Assembly (NCBI GenBank): GCA_002269645.1
Contig: NIVC01002432.1
Coordinates: forward strand, 1 to 64,000
DNA: 64,000 bases
DNA from: Macrostomum lignano
Lineage: Eukaryota
Reading direction: 5' to 3'
This document shows positions 24,581-56,700 of this stretch, piece after piece. The position numbers were made by a program, and so were the translations under genes. How positions within the stretch are numbered: position 1 is the stretch's first letter; each line of letters begins with the position of its first letter. The notes under the pieces were generated by a model. The model was given only the letters and a program-made list of their open reading frames with translations, was not told where the DNA came from and did no database searches.

Positions 24581-25364
24581 ATTGGATTGCTGTGACTAGC
24601 AGGTGGCTTCAGTTAACTATTGCCGTTGGCTGGGATTATTCTGCGTGTTATTGGCCGTGGAAATACACTCGATTAAGTCGAATGTTATTACTTGGATACA
24701 GAAAAAATAGCTTGATGAATTATTTTGTCACACCGTTACTCATTTCGAGTCATTTGATTAGTTTACAGCTTTTCAATTGACATCTGGGTCACAGGGGCTT
24801 TTGCGATCCACACCCAATAAGTTCTCGTTCGTAATAAAAAGGACATTTGATTCACTAAATGGAGGCAATTTTCAATTTTATAGGTGGTAAAAGTCATTTT
24901 TTCTCCTGATCGTTTAATTGGATAATTTATTTTGTAATCGCAGTGCAGAATTCAATTGACATCACAGAAACAGATAACTGAGAAGTACACTATGTCTGTA
25001 CTACTCATAAGTAGTGGAAATCGTGATTAACTAACTCCGTGCGCATTGAAAATTTTAACTGCTCGGTGCAATCGTCGGTGCATTTTAGATGGCAAGAGTA
25101 GGAATTTAAAATACATTGACGAAAATCGGTGTGCATTGTAAATGGTTAACAGGTTAAGTATACTGGGGATAATTGTGCCTACCGTATGCCAAACTGAATG
25201 TTAACATTAGGAATTAAGTGTCAGAAGTATTGTACTACGGCAGTGCATTTACGTGTAATTCATTATTATTATTACAAAAACATCACTTCTGATAATAGAA
25301 GCTGTGCATTCTATCAATATCAATTCGTTAATCCGTCAATTCGTCAATATCATTATCAATTTGG

Positions 25365-26040
25365 GAGTGTACATTCTCTATCCCCTTAAGAGTGTACATG
25401 TACATTCTCGATCAACTTGAGTGTATGTACATTTCATCACTTTAAGAGTGTACATTCTCTCTATCACTGAGAGTACATTCTCTATAACTTTCAGTGTATA
25501 ACTTTGAAAGCTTGTACATTCTCTATCACTTTGAGAGTGTACATTCTCTATCACTTTGAGAGTGTACATTCTCTATCACTTTGAGAGTGTACATTCTCTA
25601 TCACTTTGAGAGTGTACATTCTCTATCACTTTAAGAGTGTACATTCTCTATCACTTTGAGAGTGTACATTCTCTATCACTTTAAGAGTGTACATTCTCTA
25701 TCACTTTAAGAGTGTACATTCTCTATCACTTTAAGAGTGTACATTCTCTATCATTTTAAGAGTGTACATTCTCTATCACTTTAAGAGTGTACATTCTCTA
25801 TCACTTTAAGAGTGTACATTCTCTCTATCACTGAGAGTACATTCTCTATCACTTTAAGAGTGTACATTCTCTCTATCACTGAGAGTACATTCTCTATCAC
25901 TTTAAGAGTGTACATTCTCTCTATCACTGAGAGTACATTCTCTATCACTTTGAGAGTGTACATTCTCTCACTGAGAGTACATTCTCTATCAATTTGAGAG
26001 CGTACATTCTCTCTTCTGTATCACTTTGAGAGCGTACATT
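25365..26040. repeat. 25-bp minisatellite (GAGTGTACATTCTCTATCACTTTAA)
   Basis: Direct reading; lies between the convergent 3' ends of RPL32 and receptor gene A. Confidence 0.95.
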
Positions 26041-26179
26041 CTGATCTTCAGAAGGAAACTTTATGTACCCAAGCAGAACTTACGAAAATAATTACATGTA
26101 CATCCCCTTTTCTCGTATCTTTAAAACACAAAACTGTTTAAAATTCTTTCGATCCAGTCTGACCTCCGTACGCGTGGCC

Positions 26180-44475
<18,296 letters not shown>

Positions 44476-44934
44476 GCTGTTGCTCTATCAGGGATTTCTG
44501 TGGCTTCTATTGCGGCAGCGGCCTGACAGTCCAGCTGCGCATGCCTTGGTTTTTTATATAGAACAGACAGCCAATCGGCAGACGATCCAGGTTCTCCATC
44601 AGTTTCCACACATGGACAACTACTCTAGTTGTCCATATTTCCACAACGTTCCCCTAATCCTACTGGCTTCATTCCGCAGCCCCGTCAGTCAGGCGGAGCT
44701 GCCAGTAATAAAAACTGATACTTTCTCAGCCTGCTGGGTTTTTTGTCGATTTCGAAGGAAAGTTAGACTGATCTGTCTCAAAGCAGGTCCATGTCACTGG
44801 CTCCTGAGCACGCACATGAGCAACGTGCTGCAGGGTTGATTTTTCTATCGAACTAGAACAAAATTATCACCTTGATCTGGTCTTTAAAATTATTCAACAC
44901 TAATTATCACGTTCTTATAGGTACTCTTCGACGT

Positions 44935-45625
44935 ATTCTTTCAGGTATTGTATCAGGTACTCTTCCAGGTATTGTATCAGGTACTCTTCCAGGTATTGTA
45001 TCAGGTACTCTTCCAGGTATTGTATCAGGTACTCTTCCAGGTATTGTATCAGGTACTCTTCCAGGTATTGTATCAGGTACTCTTCCAGGTATTGTATCAG
45101 GTACTCTTCCAGGTATTGTATCAGGTACTCTTCCAGGTATTGTATCAGGTACTCTTCCAGGTATTGTATCAGGTACTCTTCCAGGTATTGTATCAGGTAC
45201 TCTTCCAGGTATTGTATCAGGTACTCTTCCAGGTATTGTATCAGGTACTCTTCCAGGTATTGTATCAGGTACTCTTCCAGGTATTGTATCAGGTACTCTT
45301 CCAGGTATTGTATCAGGTACTCTTCCAGGTATTGTATCAGGTACTCTTCCAGGTATTGTATCAGGTACTCTTCCAGGTATTGTATCAGGTACTCTTCCAG
45401 GTATTGTATCAGGTACTCTTCCAGGTATTGTATCAGGTACTCTTCCAGGTATTGTATCAGGTACTCTTCCAGGTATTGTATCAGGTACTCTTCCAGGTAT
45501 TGTATCAGGTACTCTTCCAGGTATTGTATCAGGTACTCTTCCAGGTATTGTATCAGGTACTCTTCCAGGTATTGTATCAGGTACTCTTCCAGGTATTGTA
45601 TCAGGTACTCTTCCAGGTACTCTTC
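44935..45625. repeat. Near-perfect 24-bp array (CAGGTATTGTAT-CAGGTACTCTTC) x~28 in the intergenic spacer of the receptor pair
   Basis: Direct reading; followed by degenerate 12-bp monomers to ~45780. Confidence 0.97.
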
Positions 45626-47029
45626 CAGACATTCTTTGAGATACTCTTCAAGGTTCTGTTCTTGTAGATAGTACTCTTCGATGTATTTGTTCTAGGTAGC
45701 TCTTCCAGGTATTCTACTAGATACCCTTCGAGGTTCTCTACAAGGTACTCATGCAGGCACTCTTCCAGGTGTTCTACTATTATATTTGAGATCCGGTGGT
45801 GCCGGTGTCCGCAGCGCAGTCCCCCTCCGAAGAATCCAGGGGTGGATGCATTTTCTAGGTGTCGAACTAGACATAGTTGTAAGCTTTTTCCTGGGAAAAT
45901 TCCAGATGAAGCGTGTTGTTCCAGGTGCAGCTTCCGTATCGATGCTTTGCCATAAAAGATTGTCCCAAAGCGGTCATAAAATGACACATCGGAGCCAGCA
46001 CTGGAGCATTAGGAAGCTGGGCGATGGCTTCATCAATTGCCTGTCACGCTTTGATCAAGGGTTGAATAATGGAAAATGCGGGTAGCCAGCGGCAGATTAG
46101 CCAATAATCCAACTTGTACCGGAGACCAGCCGTCTTGCTGCAATAAATCACCATGCTAATGGAAATGCTTGTGCAGAGATCCGGTCAGCCTCCTGCTGTT
46201 CATCAATTAGCGGCCGCACAGTGAGCAGCCTCCCCTCCCAATTATCTATCTGGGCAGTGTTTATTTAAGTTAATTGAATTTAAGTTTCTCAGTTTACTAT
46301 ATTTTTTCAAGCACTGATACCATTTTGAATCTCAAATGATAAAAAAATTTTGTACTAGAACTTATTCTCGTTCCTATCATTCCTTAGAGCGTACTAATAG
46401 TAGTACGATGGGCTCATTATTTTTATCAGAGAAAAAAGCTGAAGCATTTTTTACTTTCTGTCACTTGACTTAGACAAGATGGAAGCCTGTTTTAGAAGAG
46501 GTTTAGATTTCGAGCTTGATTGTCACCCCTTTCAATTACTTAGGATAAAAACTGCGCGAGCGGAATCCCAATCATGGAGAGATTTTATTTTCGCGAGCAG
46601 CCGTAGTTGAGCATTGAGCTCCAGGAAAAATAGGCATTAGTCCAGGAAACACAGCTTCACACTTATGGAGCTGGCTTAAAGAGCTGTTACCCATCATCAT
46701 TTTTCTTCGCTGTTGTTTTCTCCAGGCAATATTTCTTTGATTTTCGATATGATCCTAGGATTTTTAGACCTACACAAAATCTGGACTAGAAACAGCCGGG
46801 CTTGTAAAAATAATTGAAGATCTGAAATTTGGACGGGGACTTTCTGGTTGTCCACGAACGGGGGCGAGGTTTTATAGGACCTAAATTTCGCATCGCCTAA
46901 AAGCTTCAAGCATCCACTAATGAAAATCTTGACTTCCAATAACGCTAAAAGCATTAGCGGTAAAATTAAAAAAATATATATTTTATCGGTGTTTAGCTTA
47001 GGTCTTATAAATACCTTAGTTGTTATGAA

Positions 47030-47400
47030 GTCTGGGTTCTATGAAGTTTTTATGTCTTATAAAGTTTAGGTCTTGTGAAGTTTAGGTCTTATAGATTTTA
47101 GGTCTAATGAAGTTTAGGTCTTATAGATTTTAGGTCTAATGAAGTTTAGGTCCTGTGAAGTTTAGGTCTTATGGATTTTAGGTCTAATGAAGTTTAGGTC
47201 TAATGAAGTTTAGGTCTAATGAAGTTTAGGTCTAATGAAGTGTAGGTCTAATGAAGTGTAGGTCTAATGAAGTTTAGGTCTAATGAAGTTTAGGTCTAAT
47301 GAAGTTTAGGTCTAATGAAGTGTAGGTCTAATGAAGTGTAGGTCTAATGAAGTTTAGGTCTTTTGTAAATGAGCTCTAAGGAAGTTTAGGTATTATAAAG
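47030..47400. repeat. 16-bp minisatellite (GAAGTTTAGGTCTAAT)
   Basis: Direct reading. Confidence 0.9.
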
Positions 47401-47719
47401 TTTAGTTCTTCAAACGCATAAATGGTGGCTTTAAAACTTGGAAAGACGGAAGATTTGGCTCTTGGAGATGGCAGGGTATTTGCTATTGTTAAGCGCCCGC
47501 AGCTGTGTCACAGTTTCTCTATCCAAATACAGTACATCATGAACTCCATGCGCCTTAATTATCTTACAATATAAGTATTCCCTGGCCTGAACCTGCATCT
47601 GGCCAATAGGGTCTCGTTTACATTTTGGCACAATTTATTAACATTGGAAAACGGACGGAGAGCGTGACCAGACCGTGACTTGAGCACCCGGGACCCACGA
47701 TCTGAGACCACGTGAGACC

Positions 47720-50700
47720 ATGTCGCGTCGCACTCCGCGTCATCGTGCTGGGCTGCTGCTCTTGGGGCTGCATCTTCTGCTCCCGGGTCTGAGCTGCTCC
47801 CAGGAACTGCGTATTGGTGAGAAAAATTCATTGCTGTCTAATACCTTTCCTTCCTCTGCACTGACGCGCTTGTTGAGAGCCGATCAACTTTGTCTCTTAT
47901 TTACCATATAAATTGCCACTTAGTCGTTACTGTTCCAGAGCCAGTTTAAAATATTTTTAAGTAGTGTACTGCTATGCATAAATGTAAGTCTGTAGTTGTC
48001 ATGAAGTGTCCATTCTGGGCTGTCACTGCCTCCGCTGCAGTTGTCATGAAGTGTCCATTCTGGGCTGTCACTGCCTCCACTGCAGTTGTCATGAAGTGTC
48101 CATTCTGGGCTGTCACTGCCTCCACTGCAGTTGTCATGAAGTGTCCATTCTGGGCTGTCACTGTCTCCACTGCAGTTGGTGGAGAAGTGTCCATTCTGTG
48201 CTGTCACTGTCTCCACTGCATCACGCATTTATTTTCCCGGGCATTTTCCAGGCCTTTTGACACCAAGAAATCAGCTATCAAATGCTTCGTTTGGTGACAT
48301 AACCCTGAAAAACAGCTCCGCGCTTCTGGTTGCTGTGCGGACTATTGAGCTGAATCTGGACTATGGTAAAAAGATTAACACATAAATTTTGTCATCATAT
48401 AGCTAATCTAACAGTCTGACAGTTTGACAGTCTGACAGTTTGACAGTTTGACAGTTTGACAGTCTGACAGTTTGGCAATCTGACAGTTTGACAGTCTGAC
48501 AGTTTGACAGTCTGACAGTTTGACAGTCTGACAGTTTGACAGTCGGACAGTTTGACAGTTTGACAGTCGGACAGTTTGACAGTCTGACAGTTTGACAGTC
48601 TGACAGTTTGACAGTCTGACAGTTTGACGGTTTGATAGTCTGACAGTTTGACAGTCTGACAGTTTGACAGTCTGACAGTCTGACAGTTTGACAGTCTGAC
48701 AGTTTGACAGTCTGACAGTTTGACAGGCTGATAGTTTGACAGTCTGACAGTTTGACAGTTTGACAGTCTGACAGTTTGACAGGCTGATAGTTTGACAGTC
48801 TGACAGTTTGACAGTTTGACAGTCTGACAGTTTGACAGGCTGATAGTTTGACAGTCTGACAGTTTGACAGTCTGACAGTTTGACAGTCGGACAGTTTGAC
48901 AGTTTGACAGTTTGACAGTCGGACAGTCGGACAGTTTGACAGTTTGACAGTCGGACAGTTTGACAGTCGGACAGTCGGACAGTTTGACAGTCGGACAGTC
49001 GGACAGTTTGACAGTTTGACAGGCTGATAGTTTGACAGTCTGACAGTTTGACAGTGAAAAATCGCCCCTGAAACCCGGTCAGAGAAGCACTTAACGGCCT
49101 GGCAGCCGCATCTGGTGCTGAACCTCGCAGCCTGCAAAGCCCTGTCCGCAGTCGTCTTGTCGAACATCACGGAGTTGCTGGCGCCGGCGGCTGCGGTTTG
49201 CGATGCTGCCGCCGCTGGCCCAGCCTCTGCCGCCGCCGCCGCCGTTGTATCAATGGAATCCGGCGGCCAAGAGGAAGCCCTGGCTGCGACCGTGGCCAAG
49301 CTGGGCTGGCGTCGCGTCCTCTTGGTCTTCGACAAGTCGAACGACGGCCTGGTCGGTGGCGGCTCCCTTCACCTGTTGGCCGCGCTGGGCCGCAGGGCGC
49401 CCGACGCAGCCGTTGTTGCTGCCGAATTCAACGACATGTCGGCAATAATGTCGCAGCTGTCGATTGCCAGCGTCAGATTTGACGGCTTCGTGCTGGCGAT
49501 CGGCAGCGCTGACCGGCTGGACTCTGCCGTGGCTCAGGTGGGTTGCCTTGAGCAGGGACTGCTGGACACTAAAGCGTATTGAGAGAGCCCTGGGGCTCTA
49601 AAGTGTCCGGGCACCTTGATGCCATTTCTACCTATAGATGCCAATTTTTAATTTATAGATTTACCCCTTAATTTAAACAAGGTGTAAGGTGTTCAACTAA
49701 TTCCCAACTCAAAGTACTCAATCTTATTTGGTTAGCAATGCACACTCCTAACTTTTCCTCACTCCTATAAACGTCCTACATAAATGTGTACTTTATGGCG
49801 CACATTGCCGCCCCAAGTATCAAAGAGTTTCGACACTCGACACTTGACTGCCTGTATACGAGCGTATATGTGCAGGCGCTTACTCACATCTGTAGTGACT
49901 TTCTCACTTTCAGACACTGTACACTCTGAGCGAGCTTTACCATTCAGGGTCTTAAGCTAGCGGAATTGAACCCCGGATTTTCCCAGTTGTTCACTTGTCC
50001 CTTCCGAGCTATCATGAGAAGTTCCAGTGCGCTTCAAACAACTCGCGATTGTTGATAACGCACTACTCTCTACCATACTTTCATAGTTATCTTTGTTTAC
50101 CTTTCTATAACGCTAGTTAGTTTCACACCTGACTCTGTCAAAGCTTCTCAGATCCTCAGCCTCGAACCTCCCCTGCCCGCAGCTGTGCGGACGCAGCCTG
50201 CTGGTGTGGTCGCCGCCTGCTGCACCGCCGCCTGGCAACTGTCGGTTCTGCTACTTCTCTCCAAGCCTCTCGATGACGGCGTTTACACCGATGCGACGCG
50301 GCGCCAAGTGGCGGCAGTTGAGCCTCCGTCAGGCCGACCTGCTCAGCGGCTTGGTGAGCACCGCCAGCTCAGCCGCCGCCTCCGGGTTGTCGCCAGCTGA
50401 GGAGATCCGGTCGGCCATCTTTAGCGGATCGCGTCGCCAGCAGCTGCTCTGCCGCAGCGGCAGCAGCAGCGACGGCTTCATTCAGTCTGGCGAGTTCGTG
50501 GAAGACTCCGGCAAGTTGATGCTGAATGCCGCCAGATTTCCGGCAAGCAGCGGCTATTTGGAGAACCGGACTCTGCTTCTGGAGCTGAAGATGGTGAGCT
50601 GAGATGTGAACTGGGTGACCTGCGGGTCTTTGACAATTGCCTGCCGATGGCAACTGAGAATTAGGAAGGAGATGGGTTACTTCTGCTGGGCAGTCAATTA

Positions 50701-53700
50701 TCACTGCCGGTTAATTTCTGGCAGTAAAATGACAGTATGCCCCACCTTGTCATGAGAACGTTTCGATACACTTGTCATGTCCTTTCGCTTTAAACGTTGC
50801 TGGTGTTCTTGTGTATTATATAACACTTTAGCTCTTCATTGGTTCATTGAAACTGATATTCACTCGCACAGGTTTCGCCTTTCTCGTTTCCTGGTACGCG
50901 GGACAAAAACGGATTCGAGTTGAACGTCACGGGTCTCAGCATCGATATGATCAATGAGGTGGCCTCCCGGCTGAAGTTCAGGTACGCACAGAAGCATTAT
51001 TATATCAGTGTCAGGTTATTCATCGGAGGCTATCCCCATTAATATTGGATTGGCTGGTTGACTTGTCACTTCTACCCATCTCGACCTCCACCTCACTCCG
51101 CTGATCCTCCCTTCTCCTGGGCTGTCTCCTTATTGGTTAACTCACTGGCATTTCTACCCTTCACGACCTCCACCTCACTCCGATGATTGTTCCTTCTCTT
51201 GGGCCGGGCCGTCTCCTTATTGGCAAACTCACTGGATGGCATTTCTACCCTCACGACCTCCACCTCACTCCGCTGATTGTTCCTTCTCCTGGGCCGTCTC
51301 CTTATTGGCTGGCTCACTGGTATTTCTACCCTCACGACCTCCCCCTCCACTCCGCTGATTCTCCCTTCTCCTTCGCCGGCTTTTAACTGGCTGATGTAGC
51401 AAAGGCTGAACTGTTTTATTCTAAACTATTGCAGCTATCGCTTGCGACAACCGCCGGACAACAACTGGGGCGCGCCCTACTCCAACGGCACGTGGAATGG
51501 CATGGTTGGCGATGTGCTGCGAAAAGTGAGTGAGCAGTAGTAGCGAGATAGCAGATCAAATTACAATATGTACCAATAATTATTGCACTCGAATCGCAAC
51601 GAGTCAGGTAGGAGCAGAATTCTACGCAACTTTAATCGCATTATAACGTCAAACTTCAGTCAGGGATATTTTCTGATTTTGATTAACAATAGCCGCTCGA
51701 GTGAGCTCAGTGAATGCTCGAGTCCCCTAGTTCAAATGCTCGCCCCCTCGACCGCAGTCATTTTCTATGCTTTTTTGTGGGGGGGGGCACTCAAAGGCCT
51801 ATGGCTCTCCATCACTAACCCGCGCACTTAGGTTTCTATAGCAATATAAAACGCTGAATTGATGCACTTCGAGAGGGAGAGGAAGAGGCAGTCAGGAAGT
51901 TGGCCCCGTGTTAATGGGTTGGACCGGCGGGCCCACGTCATGCAGCGCGAGCGATTTGATTAATGACTGGCTGGCTGGCTGAGATCGGAGGAGTCCAAGC
52001 ACCTCGGGGGATGGCGGATCCGTCTGAAGTGGATAATGTATTCTGATTTGTCAACTTTCCCGAAGCTTTCTAGAAGCAATTAACAATGTTGTTAATCTGT
52101 TCTTCTCTCTGTCGAGGAAATGTTTGAGTGTCAAATTATACCTAGGTCAGTATTCTGCAATTCACGATAGGGCCACGGCCTCTCGTCTCAACTGTTGGTA
52201 ATGCGATTTGCGTCACAATTGCCCCCCCCCTAGCTTAGGCTGGCGAGGAAAGAGAGGAGAGTTATGGCTGGAGCTGGATTAAAACTGGCCCCCGCCGGTT
52301 CAAACTGCCCAGTGTGGGTACTGTCGGTGGATTGACAGAACAATTAAGGCTGGCACGTGAGCACGCAGGGTTAGTCGCTAAAGCAATTAGCTAAATTAAC
52401 TATCATTTGACCCTCATGTCCGTGTTCAGCATATCCTTGATTGGGATAGTTAGTGTAGCTCACACTGCCAAGTCCTGTGCAAGCGAGTCTCATTGGATTA
52501 AAACTGACGCTTGGGGTGACTCACGGCAGGTCAGTCTGAGCAATGATCGAAAACAATGGGTGATCAGTACTAAGTATAATTTTTTATTTAATTCGCGCAC
52601 TTTTTTCTTATTAAAAGCTTCTGTGTCCATTAGCATAAAATCTTACAGTTTGTGCGAATCATTTGATCTCCCTGACCATACATTGCATTGTACTTTTATG
52701 TGCCCTTTATAGTGCTCCCAGCTAACATGCACAGGCAGTGAACTGCTGTAGGTCAGGCAGTGAACAGCTGTAGGTCAAGCAGTGAACTTCTGTAGGTCAG
52801 GCAGTGAACTTCTGTAGGTCAGGCAGTGAACTTCTTTAGGTCAGGCAGTGAACTTCTGTAGGTCAGGCAGTGAACTTCTTTAGGTCAGGCAGTGAACTTC
52901 TGTAGGTCAGGCAGTGAAATTCTGTAGGTCAGGCAGTGAAATTTCGTAGGTCAGGCAGTGAACTGCTGTAGGTCAGGCAGTGAACTTCTTTAGGTCAGGC
53001 AGTGAACTGCTGTAGGTCAAGCAGTGAACTTCTTTAGGTCAGGCAGTGAACTTCTGTAGGTCAGGCAGTGAAATTCTGTAGGTCAGGCAGTGAACAGCTG
53101 TAGGTCAGGCAGTGAACTGCTGTAGGTCAGGCAGTGAACTTCTTTAGGTCAGGCAGTGAACTTCTGTAGGTCAGGCAGTGAAATTCTGTAGGTCAGGCAG
53201 TGAAATTCTGTAGGTCAGGCAGTGAAATTCTGTAGGTCAAGCAGTGAACTTCTGTAGGTCAGGCAGTGAACTGCTGGTGAAAGAGTGAATACAACAGTTA
53301 GGTCAGTAGGTCATGTAATGATCAGTAAACCAGCTATTAACAGGCAAACAACTCAGGAGCCGACCGACTTCAACTGATGCAGAAATCAATATTCTACTAA
53401 CCCAATCTTCAATTTCCTGCTAGGAGGCTGACTTCGCCATCGGGCCGTTCACTATGACAGCGATTCGACAGACTGTCATCGACTTCTCAGTGCCCTTCAT
53501 GCAGGACGGCAATGCAATATTAATTAAGAAGCCAGGTAAGGAACTAGAAATTACTGGAGAGTCAGCCATCTCTTGAGTAGATTCATGGACTCCAAAATAA
53601 AGTTTTTGGACTAGATCTATATTGAGGAGGAGAAACAATCGACAGAATGTGTTTGGTCAAGAAAAACTGTAATGCAGAAAAAGTATATAGTTACAAGTAT

Positions 53701-56700
53701 TGATTAGTTTGCTAATTAGTAATTCAGTTATGAAATTATTATTGGATATATTCACGCTTAAACACACTTGCAGAACAGGAGAACCCCATGTTCAGGGTAC
53801 TCAGCCCATTCTCTCTGTATAGCTGGTTGGCTATTCTTGGCTCCATGCTGCTCAGCTCGTTCTGCATCTTCGTGTACTCGCGTCTGTCCCCGTTCTCCGG
53901 CTGGAACTTAAACCTGCCCGACCGGATCACGGACGAGGTGTCTTACAAGGAGAACTTGTGGTCCGCCATTGGCACTTTTCTGCAGCAAGGCGAGTTCGGG
54001 AATTTCTTGTGTTTTAGGATTTCATCTAAACTAGTCTAATTTAATGTAATGTAATGCAATGTAATATAATGTATTGTAATCTAATCTAATCTAATCCAAT
54101 CTAATCTATCTGATCTAACCTAATCTAATCTAATCTAATCTAATCTATCTGATATAATCTAATCTAATCTAATCCAATCGAATCCGATGTCATGTAATGT
54201 AATCTTATCTAATCCATTCTAATCTAATCTAATCTAATCAAAATCTGGTCTAATGGGATCTAATCTAGTCTAATCTAGTCTAATTTAATCCAATCTAATA
54301 TAATATTTGTAATTAAATGTATTGCAATCTAAGGTAATGTAATATAATGTAATCCAATCTAATCTAATTCAATCCAATCTAGTCTAATCTAATCAGATCT
54401 AACCTAATTATGATCGAATGGGATCTAATCTAGTCTAATCTAGTAAAAAGGATTCATCGCCTAACCTTACCTGTAAAATTTTGTGCACAATAAATGCTGA
54501 AAAATTCATGCCAATCAATCAATTGCAAACGAGTGCTGATCTGAAACTGCAGTGACCATTGGTTCCGACTCCTGCTTTGGTTTATTGTTTTAACTTTTCA
54601 TTTTCATGCCACAAGAATCAAGGATAGAGGGCAAACAATAGATTGCTTAGGTGTTTATAGTAACCGCTTGGATGCATATAAGATGTCCTAATGCTATAAC
54701 GTACAGTTTGCTTTTGCCAGCCAAGCTGTCAGCAGTAGATTTTGTCTTGTCCCCCCAAAGGGGGCTCAAGTGCTAGTCTGATGTACCAAACCCATTTCAA
54801 TTTATCAACAGACCAGGACTTCTTTCCCGTGCTTGTCCCCCAAAGGGAGCTCAAGTGCTAGTCTGATGTACCAAACCCATTTCAATTAATCAACAGGCCA
54901 GGACTTCTTTCCCGTGCTTGTCCCCCAAAGGGGGCTCAAGTGCTAGTCTGATGTACCAAACCCATTTCAATTAATCAACAGGCCAGGACTTCTTTCCCAT
55001 GCTTGTCCCCCAAAGGGGGCTCAAGTGCTAGTCTGATGTACCAAACCCATTTCAATTAATCAACAGGCCAGGACTTCTTTCCCATGCTTGTCCCCCAAAG
55101 GGGGCTCAAGTGCTAGTCTGATGTACCAAACCCATTTCAATTAATCAACAGGCCAGGACTTCTTTCCCATGCTTGTCCCCCAAAGGGGGCTCAAGTGCTA
55201 GTCTGATGTACCAAACCCATTTCAATTAATCAACAGGCCAGGACTTCTTTCCCATGCTTGTCCCCCAAAGGGGGCTCAAGTGCTAGTCTGATGTACCAAA
55301 CCCATTTCAATTAATCAACAGGCCAGGACTTCTTTCCCGTGGCTGCATCGGCCCGCATCGTGCTGGGACTCTGGTGGTGCACCGTGGTGGTCATCATGGC
55401 GCTGTACACAGCCGACATGATCGGCTACCTGACGCTGAACCTGCCGGCCACCAGCGTTGAAAGCTTGGAGCAGCTAGCCGCCCAGTCCGTTATCGAACCG
55501 GCTGTCAAGTCTGGCGCCAACGCCTACACGCTGTTTGAGGTTGGCTGGCTTTCGTCTTGATATACTAAACAAATCAGCAAATTTGCGTATAAAGTACTTT
55601 CAGTAGAAAATTTTAAATACAAGTATTTTAGTGTATTTTAGGTTTTTGGTTGGCTTTTTTAGCATAATAACTCTACCGAACCGCGGCTAACACAGCGTTT
55701 AAAAATGTTCGCATGACCGCTGAGGGACACCCTGGCGCAACGCCTTCGCCAATATTGTCCCACAAAGCAAACGAAAACCAGGGGTCGTGGCGCTAGGGTC
55801 AGACAAAATGTACATTACGGCTGCACCAATGGAAAGTTAGAGAAACTTAGGGCTCAAGAAGTAGAGTCGAGAAAGAGTATCTCAACATCAAAGTCACCCA
55901 GAGAAATCCTCAATCCGAGCAGAAGTCGCCGGCAGGAAGCACCTACAACAACATCTTCAAGCTCATGGGCAACATGCCCAAGTTCACCGAGACTGAGCAG
56001 GGCGTCAATCTCGTCAAGGGAGCAAACTTCTCTGACCGACAATTTGCTTTTATTGGCGACCGAACTCAGCTGAGCTACTCGGCCCTCACCAACTGCGACT
56101 TGCTGCTGCTCAGCGACATCTTCAATGTAGCCACCTTCGGCTGGCCGATGCAGAAGGATGCGCCCTACAAAGAGGACATCAATAGAGAGTGGGTTTATGT
56201 TTTGTCACCCCTTTACAGCCCTCAAGCATGCCTGTTCCAAGAGTCACAGCGTCATAGTTGCTCTGCTGATCCACCTCACTTCATGTCGCTTCTAACGTCA
56301 TTGCTGATCCACCTCACTTCATGTCGCTTCTAACGTCACTGCTGATCCACCTCACTTCATGTCGCTTCTTACGTCACTGCTGATCCACCTCACTTCATGT
56401 CGCTTCTTACGTCACTGCTGATCCACCTCACTTCATGTCGCTTCTTACGTCATTGCTGATCCACCTCACTTCATGTCGCTTCTTACGTCACTGCTGCCCC
56501 ACCTTACTTCATGTCGCTTCTAACGTCACTGCTGCCCCACCTCACTTCATGTCGCTTCTTACGTCATTGCTGATCCACCTCACTTCATGTCGCTTCTTAC
56601 GTCACTGCTGATCCACCTCACTTCATGTCGCTTCTTACGTCATTGCTGATCCACCTCACTTCATGTCGCTTCTTACGTCACTGCTGATCCACCTCACTTC

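Noticed and set aside
44872-45667. GTLPGIVS / PGRVPDTI / QVLFQVLY repeat ORFs
   Set aside because: Translations of the 24-bp array
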